Assembly (NCBI GenBank): GCA_003614675.1
Contig: ML002269.1
Coordinates: 1-52,858, forward strand
DNA: 52,858 bases
Source of the DNA: Dimargaris cristalligena
Taxonomy: Eukaryota
Reading direction: 5' to 3'
Shown here: positions 32,855 through 43,786 of the stretch, in pieces
Layout of the letters: each line of letters opens with the position of its first letter
How positions within the stretch are numbered: the first letter of the stretch is position 1
The notes under the pieces: model-generated
Database searches by the model: none
Told to the model about the DNA's origin: nothing
The model's input: only the letters and a program-made list of their open reading frames with translations
Program-made: the position numbers and the translations under genes

Positions 32855-34209
32855 GGTGGTGTGGGAGGAAAGAGGGAAAAGTGAAAAGAACAAGACAGGT
32901 GTTGCCTGGTTCAGGGGACGTGGGGCTGTGGCCTAAATAGTGACGGTGGGGCTATTTTTAACCTATACCGATACTTGGGCTTCTTTACGCGGCCGAAACA
33001 TCCCACAGCCTAACGAATAATGGAAGGGGTTGGCTACGGAACCTGGAAGAAGGGAGGTGGCATAGCGTTCCTTGGCCGGTTGTTTACGCTTGATGGGGCC
33101 ACCCGACCACGTTGTATTGATACAGAGAATGCCGACCAGGTTCCATTGATCGAACACTCTCTTTAGCGCCGCCGGGGAGGTCTGCTAATTAATAAGGAAT
33201 TGCTAGCAGCGGTGGCTAATCCGCGTGGTATAGTAGTAGTTATTATTCCCAATTCCTACCTAGTCAACCACCGGCTAATTAATTAAATGAGCCAGCTGGC
33301 TCCCAATTACTACGACAAGGGAGCGCAGCTGATGGGCCTAACCAACCAAGTCATCGGATAAGCCAATAAGCACCGTATCGTACCAGAAGGACGCGCCGAT
33401 CCTGTGGAAGGGAGCTATCGCTAACCCTGGTGGAGATTTCTGGACGGAGGGGAATCCGACTTCCGTAAATCGATCTCCACCTTTATTAGTTGAAACCACC
33501 GCTAATGGACCCCACCACACCACACGTCACAAACTCCGATTCCATAGAGTGGCGGGACTACCCTGTCACCTTGGCGGTCAATACCCATTAAAAGGAGTAA
33601 TATCCCCCCTCCCACCACCATGTGCAGAACCCGGTGTGCTGCACCCCCGCGACACGGTGGTTTTAAGCGGCTATTTAGCAAAGGGCTTCTTTTTGACATC
33701 AGTGGAGCCCCTCGTATGCTTCCCCAAGGGGAAGTGGGCAACGTTGACCCATAAACACCTTTTCCTAGCCCAGGTTATTTGACCCGTTCGTGGAATGAAG
33801 TTGAGTGGGTGCCTAATTTAGTTACACAACTTGGGAATGGTTCCAAGGGCACGCAGCCTGTAAGACAGTGGCCGCGGTATTTAAACCAAGTGATAGCAGT
33901 GTCTAATCGAAATAGGTGCGACATTTCCCCCTAATGAACACTTTACCCGAAAAAATACAATTAGACCTAAATATACACCCCCGTCCGGTTAGTTGCTACA
34001 GGTAATTGTCGATGGTCCGTTAGCACTTCCGGCCATTAGGCCCAAGCGGCCTCGACGCACCAGCCTCACTCCCAGCAATATATAAGCCAGTTGGACATGT
34101 GTCACCACAGGCTGACCACAGCAGCCTCGATGTGCCTTATTTGACGTGCGCCTTAGTGTGCTCATAAACCAGCGAAAATAAATACATTTCAGCACAACAG
34201 GACAGGACT

Positions 34210-34232
34210 TATATATATATATATATATATAT
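34210..34232. repeat. (TA)n microsatellite / TATA-like element upstream of the secreted F-box-like gene
   Basis: About 11 TA units, ~190 bp upstream of ATG 34422. Confidence 0.8.
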
Positions 34233-34421
34233 GAAGACAAGACGCTCCCATTTCTCGTTTAGTACCCCCCCTTCCCCTACCGCTACGTCGTCATACCTAC
34301 CCATACCCCTACCACTAATACCACCAAATGGACATTCGAGCACCATTTTAACTATAGACTTATCCGTTGTATAATCACGTTTTATTGGCAGTAGCAGGAG
34401 GCCCAGCAATTGACCTATACC

Positions 34422-35871
34422 ATGAAGTGCTGGACACCCACGACCGCCCACGGGTTGGCCAGTGCCGCCGTTTTGTTGGCAATGGCCACCAGCCTTGTCT
34501 ATTCAGCCGCACTTCCCAATGAGCTTCTGTTTAGCATTCTGGCAAAGGCCAGTTCGTTTGCAGAACAGTTCGGCCATGCTCAAGTGTGCTCCCTATGGAA
34601 ACAAGACATCATCAACACCCGTATCGACCGACACCAAAAGGTAAATGACAACCTAATCCTCCCCCTACACTGCCCTATTTGAATGCCCGGTTAATCAATA
34701 ACTATGGGCCAAGCGGCTATCCCAACAAACCGTAGGACTATCGAAGCAAAAGGCTATCTATACTAATTTAACAATTGTATATTTTATGTACCATATCATT
34801 GGGATGCTGCCTCCCACTCCACCCACCGGAATTCCTTCACCGCAGGCCATTAAAGCCCTCGAGGCCCTCCAAGACAAGCCTCTACATGGTCTGAAGGACG
34901 CCGAGGCAGACCAAATTCTAGAGGATACCTACTCCCTTTTTGAAGGGCTAATAGAACCCACGTTTATCAAATACATTCACGACCGATTGGCCGACTATTC
35001 CAAGGATAAACAGGGCCAGTCCCGGCCACCACACCATTCTCCGTTGGCCGATGCCTTGACCCACCAACACCCCGATATCCGAGCGGGGTGGGCCGTGTTT
35101 CAGCCCGAGCTCGCCCGCATCCACGCCGGGGCCCGTACCGTGACCTTGGATTCGCTGGATAGCAGCGACCCAAACATGGCCCAAGCCTTTTTCCCCTTAC
35201 AGTATCTGACCCGCCCCGACCACACGAACCATCTGCAAGCCTTAATCCATTATAGCCGCAGTCTAGCCTTTCAGCAGGCCCTGTACCGCCGGCTTAAAAT
35301 TTCTCCTCAGTTAATCCCACTCAGCTACCCCCCTTTTGCCGAACTACTCACTGCCTTACCTTTGGTTCAGATTGGGTGGATCACCGCACCCATTCGCCCC
35401 ACGGCCTCCCAACAGGTGGAGCTCGCGCTCAAGGATTACTACGGGGACGCCCTGCTTTATACCACGCTACTACCGCTGGCCCGCACGGGCGGTTGGGCCG
35501 ACTGGGTTCGCCACCAGGAAATGTTCATTGGTTTGCCCTCCCTAATGCACCCGACAGCCCGGTACGCATTGACCGTGGCGGCGCTCTACCGGAATGAATC
35601 CCTGGTGCGGGACTTGGGAACTCGACTGAAGGAGAACCATCCCTACGTGCTGGCCCAAACTATTGCGTGCATGGACCACCGGGGATGGCGGAAAGCCGCC
35701 TACTCCCTGCGTGTTCTTAAACCGGACCTATCACCCGCTGACCCACAACGCTGCTCGGATGGGTTCTTTAATCGGGGGGCGATTGACCTCGACCACAATG
35801 GCCAATTAGTGTACCGGTTTTATATATCCAATTCTGAGGTAGTTGCTTACGACCTTCCCAGTGATTGGTGA
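34422..35871 (+). CDS. Putative secreted protein with N-terminal F-box-like motif, ~414 aa, 2 exons: 34422-34640, 34846-35871
   Basis: Exon 1 encodes a signal-peptide-like MKCWTPTTAHGLASAAVLLAMATSLVYSA followed by ALPNELLFSILAKASSFAEQFGHAQVCSLWKQ. Phase-0 donor AAG|GTAAAT, branch TACTAAT at ~34761, and the first downstream AG (CAG| at 34845) is in frame with the 361-aa ORF. Confidence 0.75.
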
Positions 35872-37721
35872 TACTGGTCCGCTAATAAATAGTGCTCTCC
35901 CCCCCACTCCCCTATATCCCCCCCCTTGACCCATTTTTTTATAGAGAGAGTTGAGAAGCGAAAAGGCAGCGAATGGGATAATCGAAAAGAATATATGAAC
36001 AGGCCTAGAGTCCTGTGGTACTAGGGGAATGTCTCTGTATCACCACTGAGTTCACTTTTCAGTCACAGCCCATGGTGCCGCCGTATTGGCTTAATTGGGT
36101 GGAAAAGAGGATCATTTGATACCTAGGACATCGGCTATCTAATTGAAACAACCCGATTTTTGTAGTATACATAAATAATATTAATAAAAAATGGCGTAAG
36201 TTGGCGAAGGAGAGAGAGCTAAATCAAGTGGGGCAATTCAATAATACAGAGAGGACTAGTGTCCACCCCCCCTCCCTCACTCCATCGTATTCTTTTAACC
36301 TGTAAAACAACATGTTTACAGCCCCTAAACGAAATGGCTATAGGTGGTGGTAGGACATATACACCGGGTTGGATTTTGGTTAGTGGCTCTCCAATGGAAT
36401 CGGTAAAAATTAGAAGAGAGGGGACATCTGTCAAACGGTCGCTATTTACATTTTGGCCTTAGTCATTGACGCTGATTAAGCGGATATGTCGTTGTTAGCA
36501 GTTGAGTAGTTTTGGGGGGAATCGTTTATCCGGCACCTTCCCCATCGCTGCCACCCAACTGATTTTCGGAAGACCCGGCAACCCGCTTCAGTATAGTATA
36601 GCAGAGGTTAATGTTAACATATATTATAACCAGTGGACCGCCAGGCTGTTCTGTACTAGAGTAATTTGGTGTTTTTCTTTTAAAAAAATAGGTGTATCAT
36701 TCATAAGGAATGATTCAAAAAAAAAACAATAGAATGTCCCCATTTAGATGAGCTCGTCAAACCACACTCGCCCTCGGCGATAGGTCCGATAAGTAGATAC
36801 AATGGCGGCCTTAGTGACTCCTTCTAACAAGTAAGTCAGTTGCTCTCCTGATCGTTTCTCTTGGTGATGCCATTAAAAGTTCAACTCTTTATTAAAAAAA
36901 AGTCGCGACACCCCCAAAATATGTATTAATCAGTTGGACAAGGAATCCACTTATTCGCCGAGATACACCGACTTCTTATACAACCAATGTCCGGACCGCG
37001 TCTATTGTGGGATAGGTGAAATAGTTCACCGCTCCAATTGGAATGCTGGTAAAAACTACGCCCTTACATAAGGTGATTCGGTGTGCATCCGTTTGCGTTG
37101 CCTAGTTAGAGTCCCCACCACTTCTACACGATGGCCGTTTACGATGTTAAATAATATGGGCGAAGTCCAACCAGGCAGTACCACGCAAAATCCATTAATA
37201 GAGACAAGTATACATAGGCCTATAACGGGGGGAAAAGTCGGATTTAACCTGTAAACCCGATTACATCAAACAGATCGTATATGTTATGCAGCTGGATGAT
37301 TACAACTCCCCCAATATATCGCCGACTAAATCCAGGGACGTCCCTAATGATTTTTGGAATTACTTGTCATTTACTAGACGGAAAATGGGAAACGGTCCTT
37401 TGAAAGGTGATGCTGAAGGGGAAAAAGTTTTTAAAAATTAGGCGATTGTTCGGATTCTCCTCTCAAGTACGATGTCCCAATAAACGTATGGCACCTCAGG
37501 GTCGCTCGAAAATCATTTAGCTAAATAGTCTGACACACACACCTTCTCAACTGGGAATAGGCGGGTGGGTGGGTATACCCCCATGTATGAAGCGGCGTGC
37601 TACAGACCACTCTAAAAAAATGGACCAGGGTAAATAGGGACCGAGATTTGTATTTCTGATTAATGGGAAGGTGAATGAGAACAAAATAGAGGGAACCGCG
37701 ATGATGATGACAAGAGCATTA

Positions 37722-37745
37722 NNNNNNNNNNNNNNNNNNNNNNNN

Positions 37746-37775
<30 letters not shown>
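37722..37775. other. Assembly gap (24 N) followed by a G30 run, in the chitin synthase 3' flank
   Basis: N at 37722-37745 and G at 37746-37775. Confidence 0.97.
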
Positions 37776-37776
<1 letters not shown>

Positions 37777-37826
37777 AGCCTCGTCATTAAAAATAAAATG
37801 GAGAGTGGAAGAGTAAAGCCCAACAA

Positions 37827-40800
37827 TTAAATCATACCAGGGGGGGTCTGGTTGCCAGCACGGTGCTGGTGCGGGGGGTCAGCATACCCACTCAGCATCG
37901 GCTCTTCACTCGATTTTTTGCCTAATTTGTCCGATGACCGCGAAGCCTCGCTGCTCGAATACTCGCCCTGGTGGCTGGGCATTTGCCGGATCGGGCTACT
38001 CTGGTACAGACTGCTTCCCAATCCACCGCCGATGCCAATCCCACTGCCGCCGACGTTGAGGTTCAAAGTCGACGCGTGGGCGCTAGGCGCCGCCGAGAAT
38101 CGGTTTAAGATATGCGGCGTCATATAACCCAGCTTGTCGAAACTGGCACTGGAATCACCACCACCCAACGCGGCACCTGCAAATCCGGGTAGGGCACTCG
38201 AGCCGGCCGGACTGGCCTGCACGGGAACTCCTTCGGGCAGAGCGGGCATTTCGGGGTAGGGGCTTCCGGAGGCACCCGTCAAGTTGGCCATGCTACTCGA
38301 CTGGTTGGCCAAAAACATGGTGGTCCGTCGCCGTTTCTCCGCTTCAAATTCGCACCAGCGTTTGATGACAATCTTCGAGCTGTCGAATTCGCCTTCCTTA
38401 TCACCGTGACCGGCTTCCTTGCCTTCACCTTCAACCATACGGGTTTGACCCCAGGAGAAATCGTCGAAATGCCAGAACGCGTAGGCGGGCAGCACGAAAT
38501 TCCACACGGGTAGGGATAGCAGGTAGATTAACATCCAGCCGACATAGACCATTTTACGACTGGTCAGTGTAATCAGCACGGCCGGTAGACCCAGAATCAT
38601 GGCCAGTAACATCAGAGGCAGCCAGGGCACGGGGCGGGTAAAGGTCGAGATAATGATCAGGTACAGGGTGAAGGTAATGGCAGCCGGCAGCACGACGGTA
38701 CCCACCAGTTCCATGAAGATGACGAACTGCATAGAGAAGAAGAAGGTACCGCACAAGTCGCGCACAAGCACCAGTTCCATGAGATTGTGCACCGTCGAGT
38801 TAATCCAGCGACGACGCTGCGACAGAAGCACCTTGAACTCGTCGGGCACAATAGTCTTGCACACCGCACCGGGTACAAACACCATCTTACGCTTAGGGAA
38901 GGTACGCAACATAAGGGTAGACAAGTAACGATCCTCACCCAGGAGCAGTAGATTCTTCTTGTGCAAGGTGTCCACCACGTTCTCGGAGTAGTTTTCAACG
39001 ATATCCGGGTTGGCCAGGATGGGGACCCAGTATCCGTGGGCACCCTTGGGGGCCTTGATACGGTACATGCAGAAACAACCGGGCAAACACGTCACACCAC
39101 CGAACACGGACTCGAAGGCCTTGCTCTGGTGATGGGAGATGTAGTATTCGAATACCTGAATCATGGACACCCAGCTATCCGACTTGTTGGCGATCTTGGT
39201 TTCACCGCACAGGCCCATGACCTGGGGGTCCCGCACCATGGTAGCCACCATTTGACCAATGGCGTCTGGGAACACCTTGGTATCGGCGTCCACCATGAGT
39301 ACGATTTCGAAGTTGTCCGGAGTGACCCCCGTCACATTCCACATGGCGTTAAACAGTTCGTACTCCAGCTCCGTCATGCGCTCGTCGAACATAACGTGCT
39401 GCAGGAAACTCATCAGGATAATCTGGGAATCGCGCTTACCACGATTACCGGGCTTCCGCTCGTTGGCCTCGGCGGGGGAACCGCACTTGACCACCAGCAC
39501 CATGGGCACACGGTGGCGCTTGGCTTCCTCGGGGGAGTTCTCATCAGGGGAATAGTAGCCGGCGTAGATCTTGGCCATATTGTGGCGCTTGGTACCGTCG
39601 GCGATGGCGAGGTAGGAGTAGGGCTGCACATTATCAGGGTGAATGACATAGTCCTTCATCATGGACAAACACACGTCAGGAGTCGAGACACTCTCACCCG
39701 CACCGGTAATGATACCGTCACAGATGATGAACAGGCACTTGTGGGAAGTAGGGAAGTAGGTACCGGCCAAGGAGTCCAGAGTGGTTCGGATACCGTGACC
39801 GCCTTCGGAGTAGCAAGTGACCAGCAGGATAGTGTACGCCAGGTCCTCGGCACTGGGCATCTCGCCGGTCAGCCCGTCGGGGTTGCGGGGCTGGAGGGAC
39901 TTGTCAGAGCGGTATTCCGTACCGGGGCTACCGCCCATGGCCATTTGGCGTCCAGCAATATCCTCTTGGCTGTGGGCGGCCATTTCACCGGACATGGACG
40001 GAACGGGGCCACCATTGGGGTTGCGACGCTGGCGGGCCATGGTCTCGGAGGATTCGACGGCGCCCAGAGAATGGCTGGACGAGTTGGCGGTGGTGGAAAT
40101 AAAGGCCGACTGGCGGGTAGCGCCTTCGTTACCGTAGACGGAGGGGTAGACAACCTTGGACCGGCCAGGCTCCTCACCGGGCATATAGGTACTGAAGCGG
40201 CTAGTCTTGGGGAAGAAGCGGGACTTCTTGGGGGCAGCGGTCACGGTGTACTGGGGGCGAATGGCGAGGGGTTGGCCGTAGTGGTTGTTAACATCACTCC
40301 ATTGCTCAATGGCCTCGATACGACGGTGGCGCTCCTCGGGGGTCTCCTTCTTAAGCCGGCCCAGACGGGGGCCCATGCCCCAACCGAAAACAACGGCCAA
40401 GCCGAACTTGATGAACACCACGCCCAAAATGACGATCAGGGACACGTACAGGACAATCTCGGAGGCGATACAACCAATGGTGTTGGTATCCAAAGCACCC
40501 ACACGGAACATTTCCTGGAGACAGCGGCCAATCTTCATGTTGCTGTTACCAACGTAGAAGCTCACGTCCCGACCCCGGTATTTGGGGTCAGCCAGTTCGT
40601 TGAAAATGGGAATGGGGGTAATGCCGTTGACTAACCACTTGAGGCGACCCATATCCAGCACACTCCCACTGTAGATGATGAACTGGCGGTCCTTAAACGG
40701 ACCTTCGAGGGCCTCAAAGTCGAAGTACTGGTCACCGCGGGCCGGCAGCTTGCGCAGCACATCGCGGGAGGCGGTGGTCAAGTGACAGGCGGCGTTCTCG

Positions 40801-42191
40801 GCGTTCATTTCGGGGTTCGGTGTGACGGTACCATTGTTGATGACACAAGGGAACAGGTTGAGGACGTTGTTCTGGGCATCAGCGGGACTGGGGACGTTGA
40901 ACAAACCCTTGCAGTTACCGTTGGGGGTCTGGAACATAAATGAGAGGTCCATACCACTGGCGTAGGAAGGATCGCGGAGCAGATTGCCGGGTTCCTGGTC
41001 ATCACCGGTCAGGGAGGAGGCGGGATGGACATACTTGGACACATCATAGACGCGCCCGTTGACGATCACGTTGTTCATTCCTATTTGATCGTACTTGATG
41101 TAGTTTTGGTTCTGAGTGCTGAGACCGCACACGACCTGCTGGAAACCGAAGGTCAAGAAGCCGACGGCGCCCATCATCAACATAATAATGGTAACCAGGG
41201 CCATTTTCTCGCGCCAAGCCTGTTGAATATCGGGCTGGGGCATACCACAACAGCGCAAAATCGATGGCGGGGCGTAGAAGGTGACGACCCAGGAGAAGAA
41301 GACCCAGAACGACGGGCACTGGCGCTTGGGCTCCTCTTTCGCGGGGCGCTCTTTGACGGTACTGCGCCGAGCCAGACTCCGACCGCGACGCATATTGCTT
41401 TCCTTATTCGCGGCAGTGCGGCGGTTGCGGGTCTCGGAGGCCGGGCCAGCGGGGGTAGTCACGACATTGCCGCGCAGGGAGCTGTGGTAGTGAGGGTCGT
41501 TCTTGTCCAAAGGCCGGGCGCGCTCGGGGCGGATGAGGGATCGCTGGCGACGGAGGGCCTGGGCGGAGCCCTCTTCGGCCTGCCGGGCACTGGCCTTGCT
41601 ACGGGAAGACAGTTTGCGAACTAGACGGGAGCCGACACTATCGAAGGATTTCTTGGGGCGGGCCTCGGGGCTATACTGGGGCGGGGACAGGGCACTTTCC
41701 TTGGGGGGCAACCGGGGTGGGGGGTAGCCAGCCAAGGGGATCTCGTGCATCTCCATCCCGTCCTCGGGTTGGATGGCGCGGGGAATGGGCGGTAAGCCGG
41801 TGGGAGAGATGGAGCGGTAGTAGGAAGTGGGGGTGGAGTCGGAGAATTCTTCGCCGGGCTGGGCCTGATTGGCTCCCCGCAGATTGTCAAAGTAGGAAGA
41901 GGGGCGGTCGCCGTGGTCAAAGGCGCCATCGGCGGGCGGGCTACCGGAGGTGGCGGTTAGGTAGTGCAGGTGGGGACTTCCGCTATCAACGGGGGCCAGC
42001 CCTTCCAGGGCCTGGGCATTTAAACTGTTGAACTGGTACTTGCGGGGATCTAGGTCGGAGTCGTCGGAAAGGTAGCCCTCGGGGTCCCGACGAGGCTCGG
42101 GAGCCAAGGGGGAGTAGACCTGTTGCCGGGGGTCGGAAGGACCACTGTGGTTATTACTATTATTGTTATGGAGTGGTGGAGGGTTCGCCAT
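37827..42191 (-). CDS. CHS3: Class IV (division 2) chitin synthase, 1454 aa, intronless
   Basis: 'LRRQRSLIRPER', 'QQAWREK', cytochrome-b5-like region 'VNGRVYDV', 'LVTCYSEG', 'KPGNRGKRDSQ', 'VDADT', 'TLHKKNLLLLGEDRYL', 'QRRRWINST', 'WHFDDFSWG.TR'. No myosin motor domain. Confidence 0.96.
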   Translation of the reverse strand: MANPPPLHNNNSNNHSGPSDPRQQVYSPLAPEPRRDPEGYLSDDSDLDPRKYQFNSLNAQALEGLAPVDSGSPHLHYLTATSGSPPADGAFDHGDRPSSYFDNLRGANQAQPGEEFSDSTPTSYYRSISPTGLPPIPRAIQPEDGMEMHEIPLAGYPPPRLPPKESALSPPQYSPEARPKKSFDSVGSRLVRKLSSRSKASARQAEEGSAQALRRQRSLIRPERARPLDKNDPHYHSSLRGNVVTTPAGPASETRNRRTAANKESNMRRGRSLARRSTVKERPAKEEPKRQCPSFWVFFSWVVTFYAPPSILRCCGMPQPDIQQAWREKMALVTIIMLMMGAVGFLTFGFQQVVCGLSTQNQNYIKYDQIGMNNVIVNGRVYDVSKYVHPASSLTGDDQEPGNLLRDPSYASGMDLSFMFQTPNGNCKGLFNVPSPADAQNNVLNLFPCVINNGTVTPNPEMNAENAACHLTTASRDVLRKLPARGDQYFDFEALEGPFKDRQFIIYSGSVLDMGRLKWLVNGITPIPIFNELADPKYRGRDVSFYVGNSNMKIGRCLQEMFRVGALDTNTIGCIASEIVLYVSLIVILGVVFIKFGLAVVFGWGMGPRLGRLKKETPEERHRRIEAIEQWSDVNNHYGQPLAIRPQYTVTAAPKKSRFFPKTSRFSTYMPGEEPGRSKVVYPSVYGNEGATRQSAFISTTANSSSHSLGAVESSETMARQRRNPNGGPVPSMSGEMAAHSQEDIAGRQMAMGGSPGTEYRSDKSLQPRNPDGLTGEMPSAEDLAYTILLVTCYSEGGHGIRTTLDSLAGTYFPTSHKCLFIICDGIITGAGESVSTPDVCLSMMKDYVIHPDNVQPYSYLAIADGTKRHNMAKIYAGYYSPDENSPEEAKRHRVPMVLVVKCGSPAEANERKPGNRGKRDSQIILMSFLQHVMFDERMTELEYELFNAMWNVTGVTPDNFEIVLMVDADTKVFPDAIGQMVATMVRDPQVMGLCGETKIANKSDSWVSMIQVFEYYISHHQSKAFESVFGGVTCLPGCFCMYRIKAPKGAHGYWVPILANPDIVENYSENVVDTLHKKNLLLLGEDRYLSTLMLRTFPKRKMVFVPGAVCKTIVPDEFKVLLSQRRRWINSTVHNLMELVLVRDLCGTFFFSMQFVIFMELVGTVVLPAAITFTLYLIIISTFTRPVPWLPLMLLAMILGLPAVLITLTSRKMVYVGWMLIYLLSLPVWNFVLPAYAFWHFDDFSWGQTRMVEGEGKEAGHGDKEGEFDSSKIVIKRWCEFEAEKRRRTTMFLANQSSSMANLTGASGSPYPEMPALPEGVPVQASPAGSSALPGFAGAALGGGDSSASFDKLGYMTPHILNRFSAAPSAHASTLNLNVGGSGIGIGGGLGSSLYQSSPIRQMPSHQGEYSSSEASRSSDKLGKKSSEEPMLSGYADPPHQHRAGNQTPPGMI

Positions 42192-43756
42192 GTTGGGAGG
42201 GAGAGAAAAATAGAGGTTTTACACGCTGGGCAGAATAAGGGGAGGGGTGGAGTAAGCGCTGTCCAAGAGAGAAGTAGAGGTTGGGAACCAAATAAATAGG
42301 GGGCAGGGGAGAAAAAAGAAAATAGAGTGCGAACGAAGCGAATTACACGGACAGGGAGGAGGGAGAGGAGGAGTGGCTAAAGAGAACAACACACTCACAT
42401 ATACACACCCACCAGGAGGAGAGCTGTACACACACACACAAGTTGAGACGTGGAGGGACAACAATAGGCCGAGCGAGATGAGGGAAATAGAGCGACGCTA
42501 TACTGGTAACGACGGCCGAATAGTAGCAACGGACACTCCGTTCGTTCGGCACTCAGCGACTGTTCGGGGCAAGAAGGCGGGCCAATGGAGAAAGGAAATG
42601 CAGTAACGGAAAAGAATAGCAAAGTTAGTCAAGAGAGACAAGAAAGGACATTAGTTGAAGAAAGCAGGGCGGAGTACAAGAGGGGCAGCCGGTGTGGAGA
42701 GAGGCATATATTCAAGAACAGCATACAAGAAGGTATCCAGGAACGTAGGTGGTTGTACACGGCTCCAGCAATATGGAAAGAGAGAGAGAGAAGAGAACAG
42801 AAAACCCACTTGTGCTTTTCAGGCTGGCGCCATTCTCCTATTAATATAAGGTGCAGCTCTGCCTGGCATTTTCTCTCCATCAGCCAGGCCAGGCCTTTAT
42901 TTCCTTCCTGCCTTCTTCCCTGGACAATCACCCATACTACCACTATAATAATAATAAGCGCAAGCACAGGGGGGGGCTATAATGAAAGACGCTGGTGGGT
43001 GGGTGGGCCCAGGCCGGGGCTGAGGCAGCATGGGCCCCCGAGCCTGGGTGGCATCCGCCCGACCATTGGACCAGGTCTTCGCCCGATCTCGCCGGCCATT
43101 GGTGTCCTATTTTCGGCCGGCCGACTCCGCCAATCCTACCCTCGGATAATTATATACAGCTAAAACTGTGGTGCTATTATATTCCTCGTCCTAGTTTTTT
43201 TCCGCTACCTTCCATTGTTCCAGGCTGGGACGGGGGGAGAATCGAGCGAGGGAAGCAGAGCAAGGAGGCAGAGCGGTCCGAGCCCGAAATAGCTCCGTTT
43301 ATCAAAGGCAGGAAGGCCTTTATTAATAGTTGCGTTGACTATGGTACGTCCTTCCTTTCTCTGTTATACATCACTAACTAGCTAAGATGGTGTGGTCCCC
43401 ATCCTGCCTGGAGACTACTTGACGATTGTCTCAGGTCACCGATACTCCCCTTCCTTTCCCGTAGAACAATACCCCCCCCCTCCCCGATCTTGTTTGGCCC
43501 TAGACTCGTACCCCCCCCCTCCCTCAGCACAGTACCGAATCACCTAAACCGCCGCTTTGCATAGCGCCGTGTCTTACTTTATCTCTCTGACTCGGAGTTC
43601 CGAAGAACCCCGACCATGCCGACGTATAGATGTAGATGTGGACTAGCCCCCCACTGCACCTATGCGGCCTCCCACGCATAAAGCCCATCGCCAGCTCATC
43701 CCGTACATATTCCTTCTTATCCGGCGACAGGGTCTTCCTTGGGCCTCCTCCCAACT

Positions 43757-43786
43757 AGAAATAGAAACAGAAACAGAAACAGAAAT
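43757..43786. repeat. (AGAAAY)5 tandem hexamer repeat
   Basis: agaaat agaaac agaaac agaaac agaaat in the chitin synthase upstream region. Confidence 0.85.

Noticed and set aside
31073-32884. 258-aa and 294-aa ORFs antisense to the aminopeptidase
   Set aside because: In-register shadow ORFs of a codon-biased gene.
37746-37775. G30 run as a functional G-quadruplex or telomere-like element
   Set aside because: It abuts an assembly gap, so its length is unreliable; it may be a sequencing artefact or simply the cause of the gap.
38961-40634. 557-aa ORF antisense to chitin synthase (also 41025-41624)
   Set aside because: Exactly in codon register with the minus-strand gene. It arises from C/G-ending codon bias (scarce TTA/CTA/TCA codons) and has no recognisable motifs.
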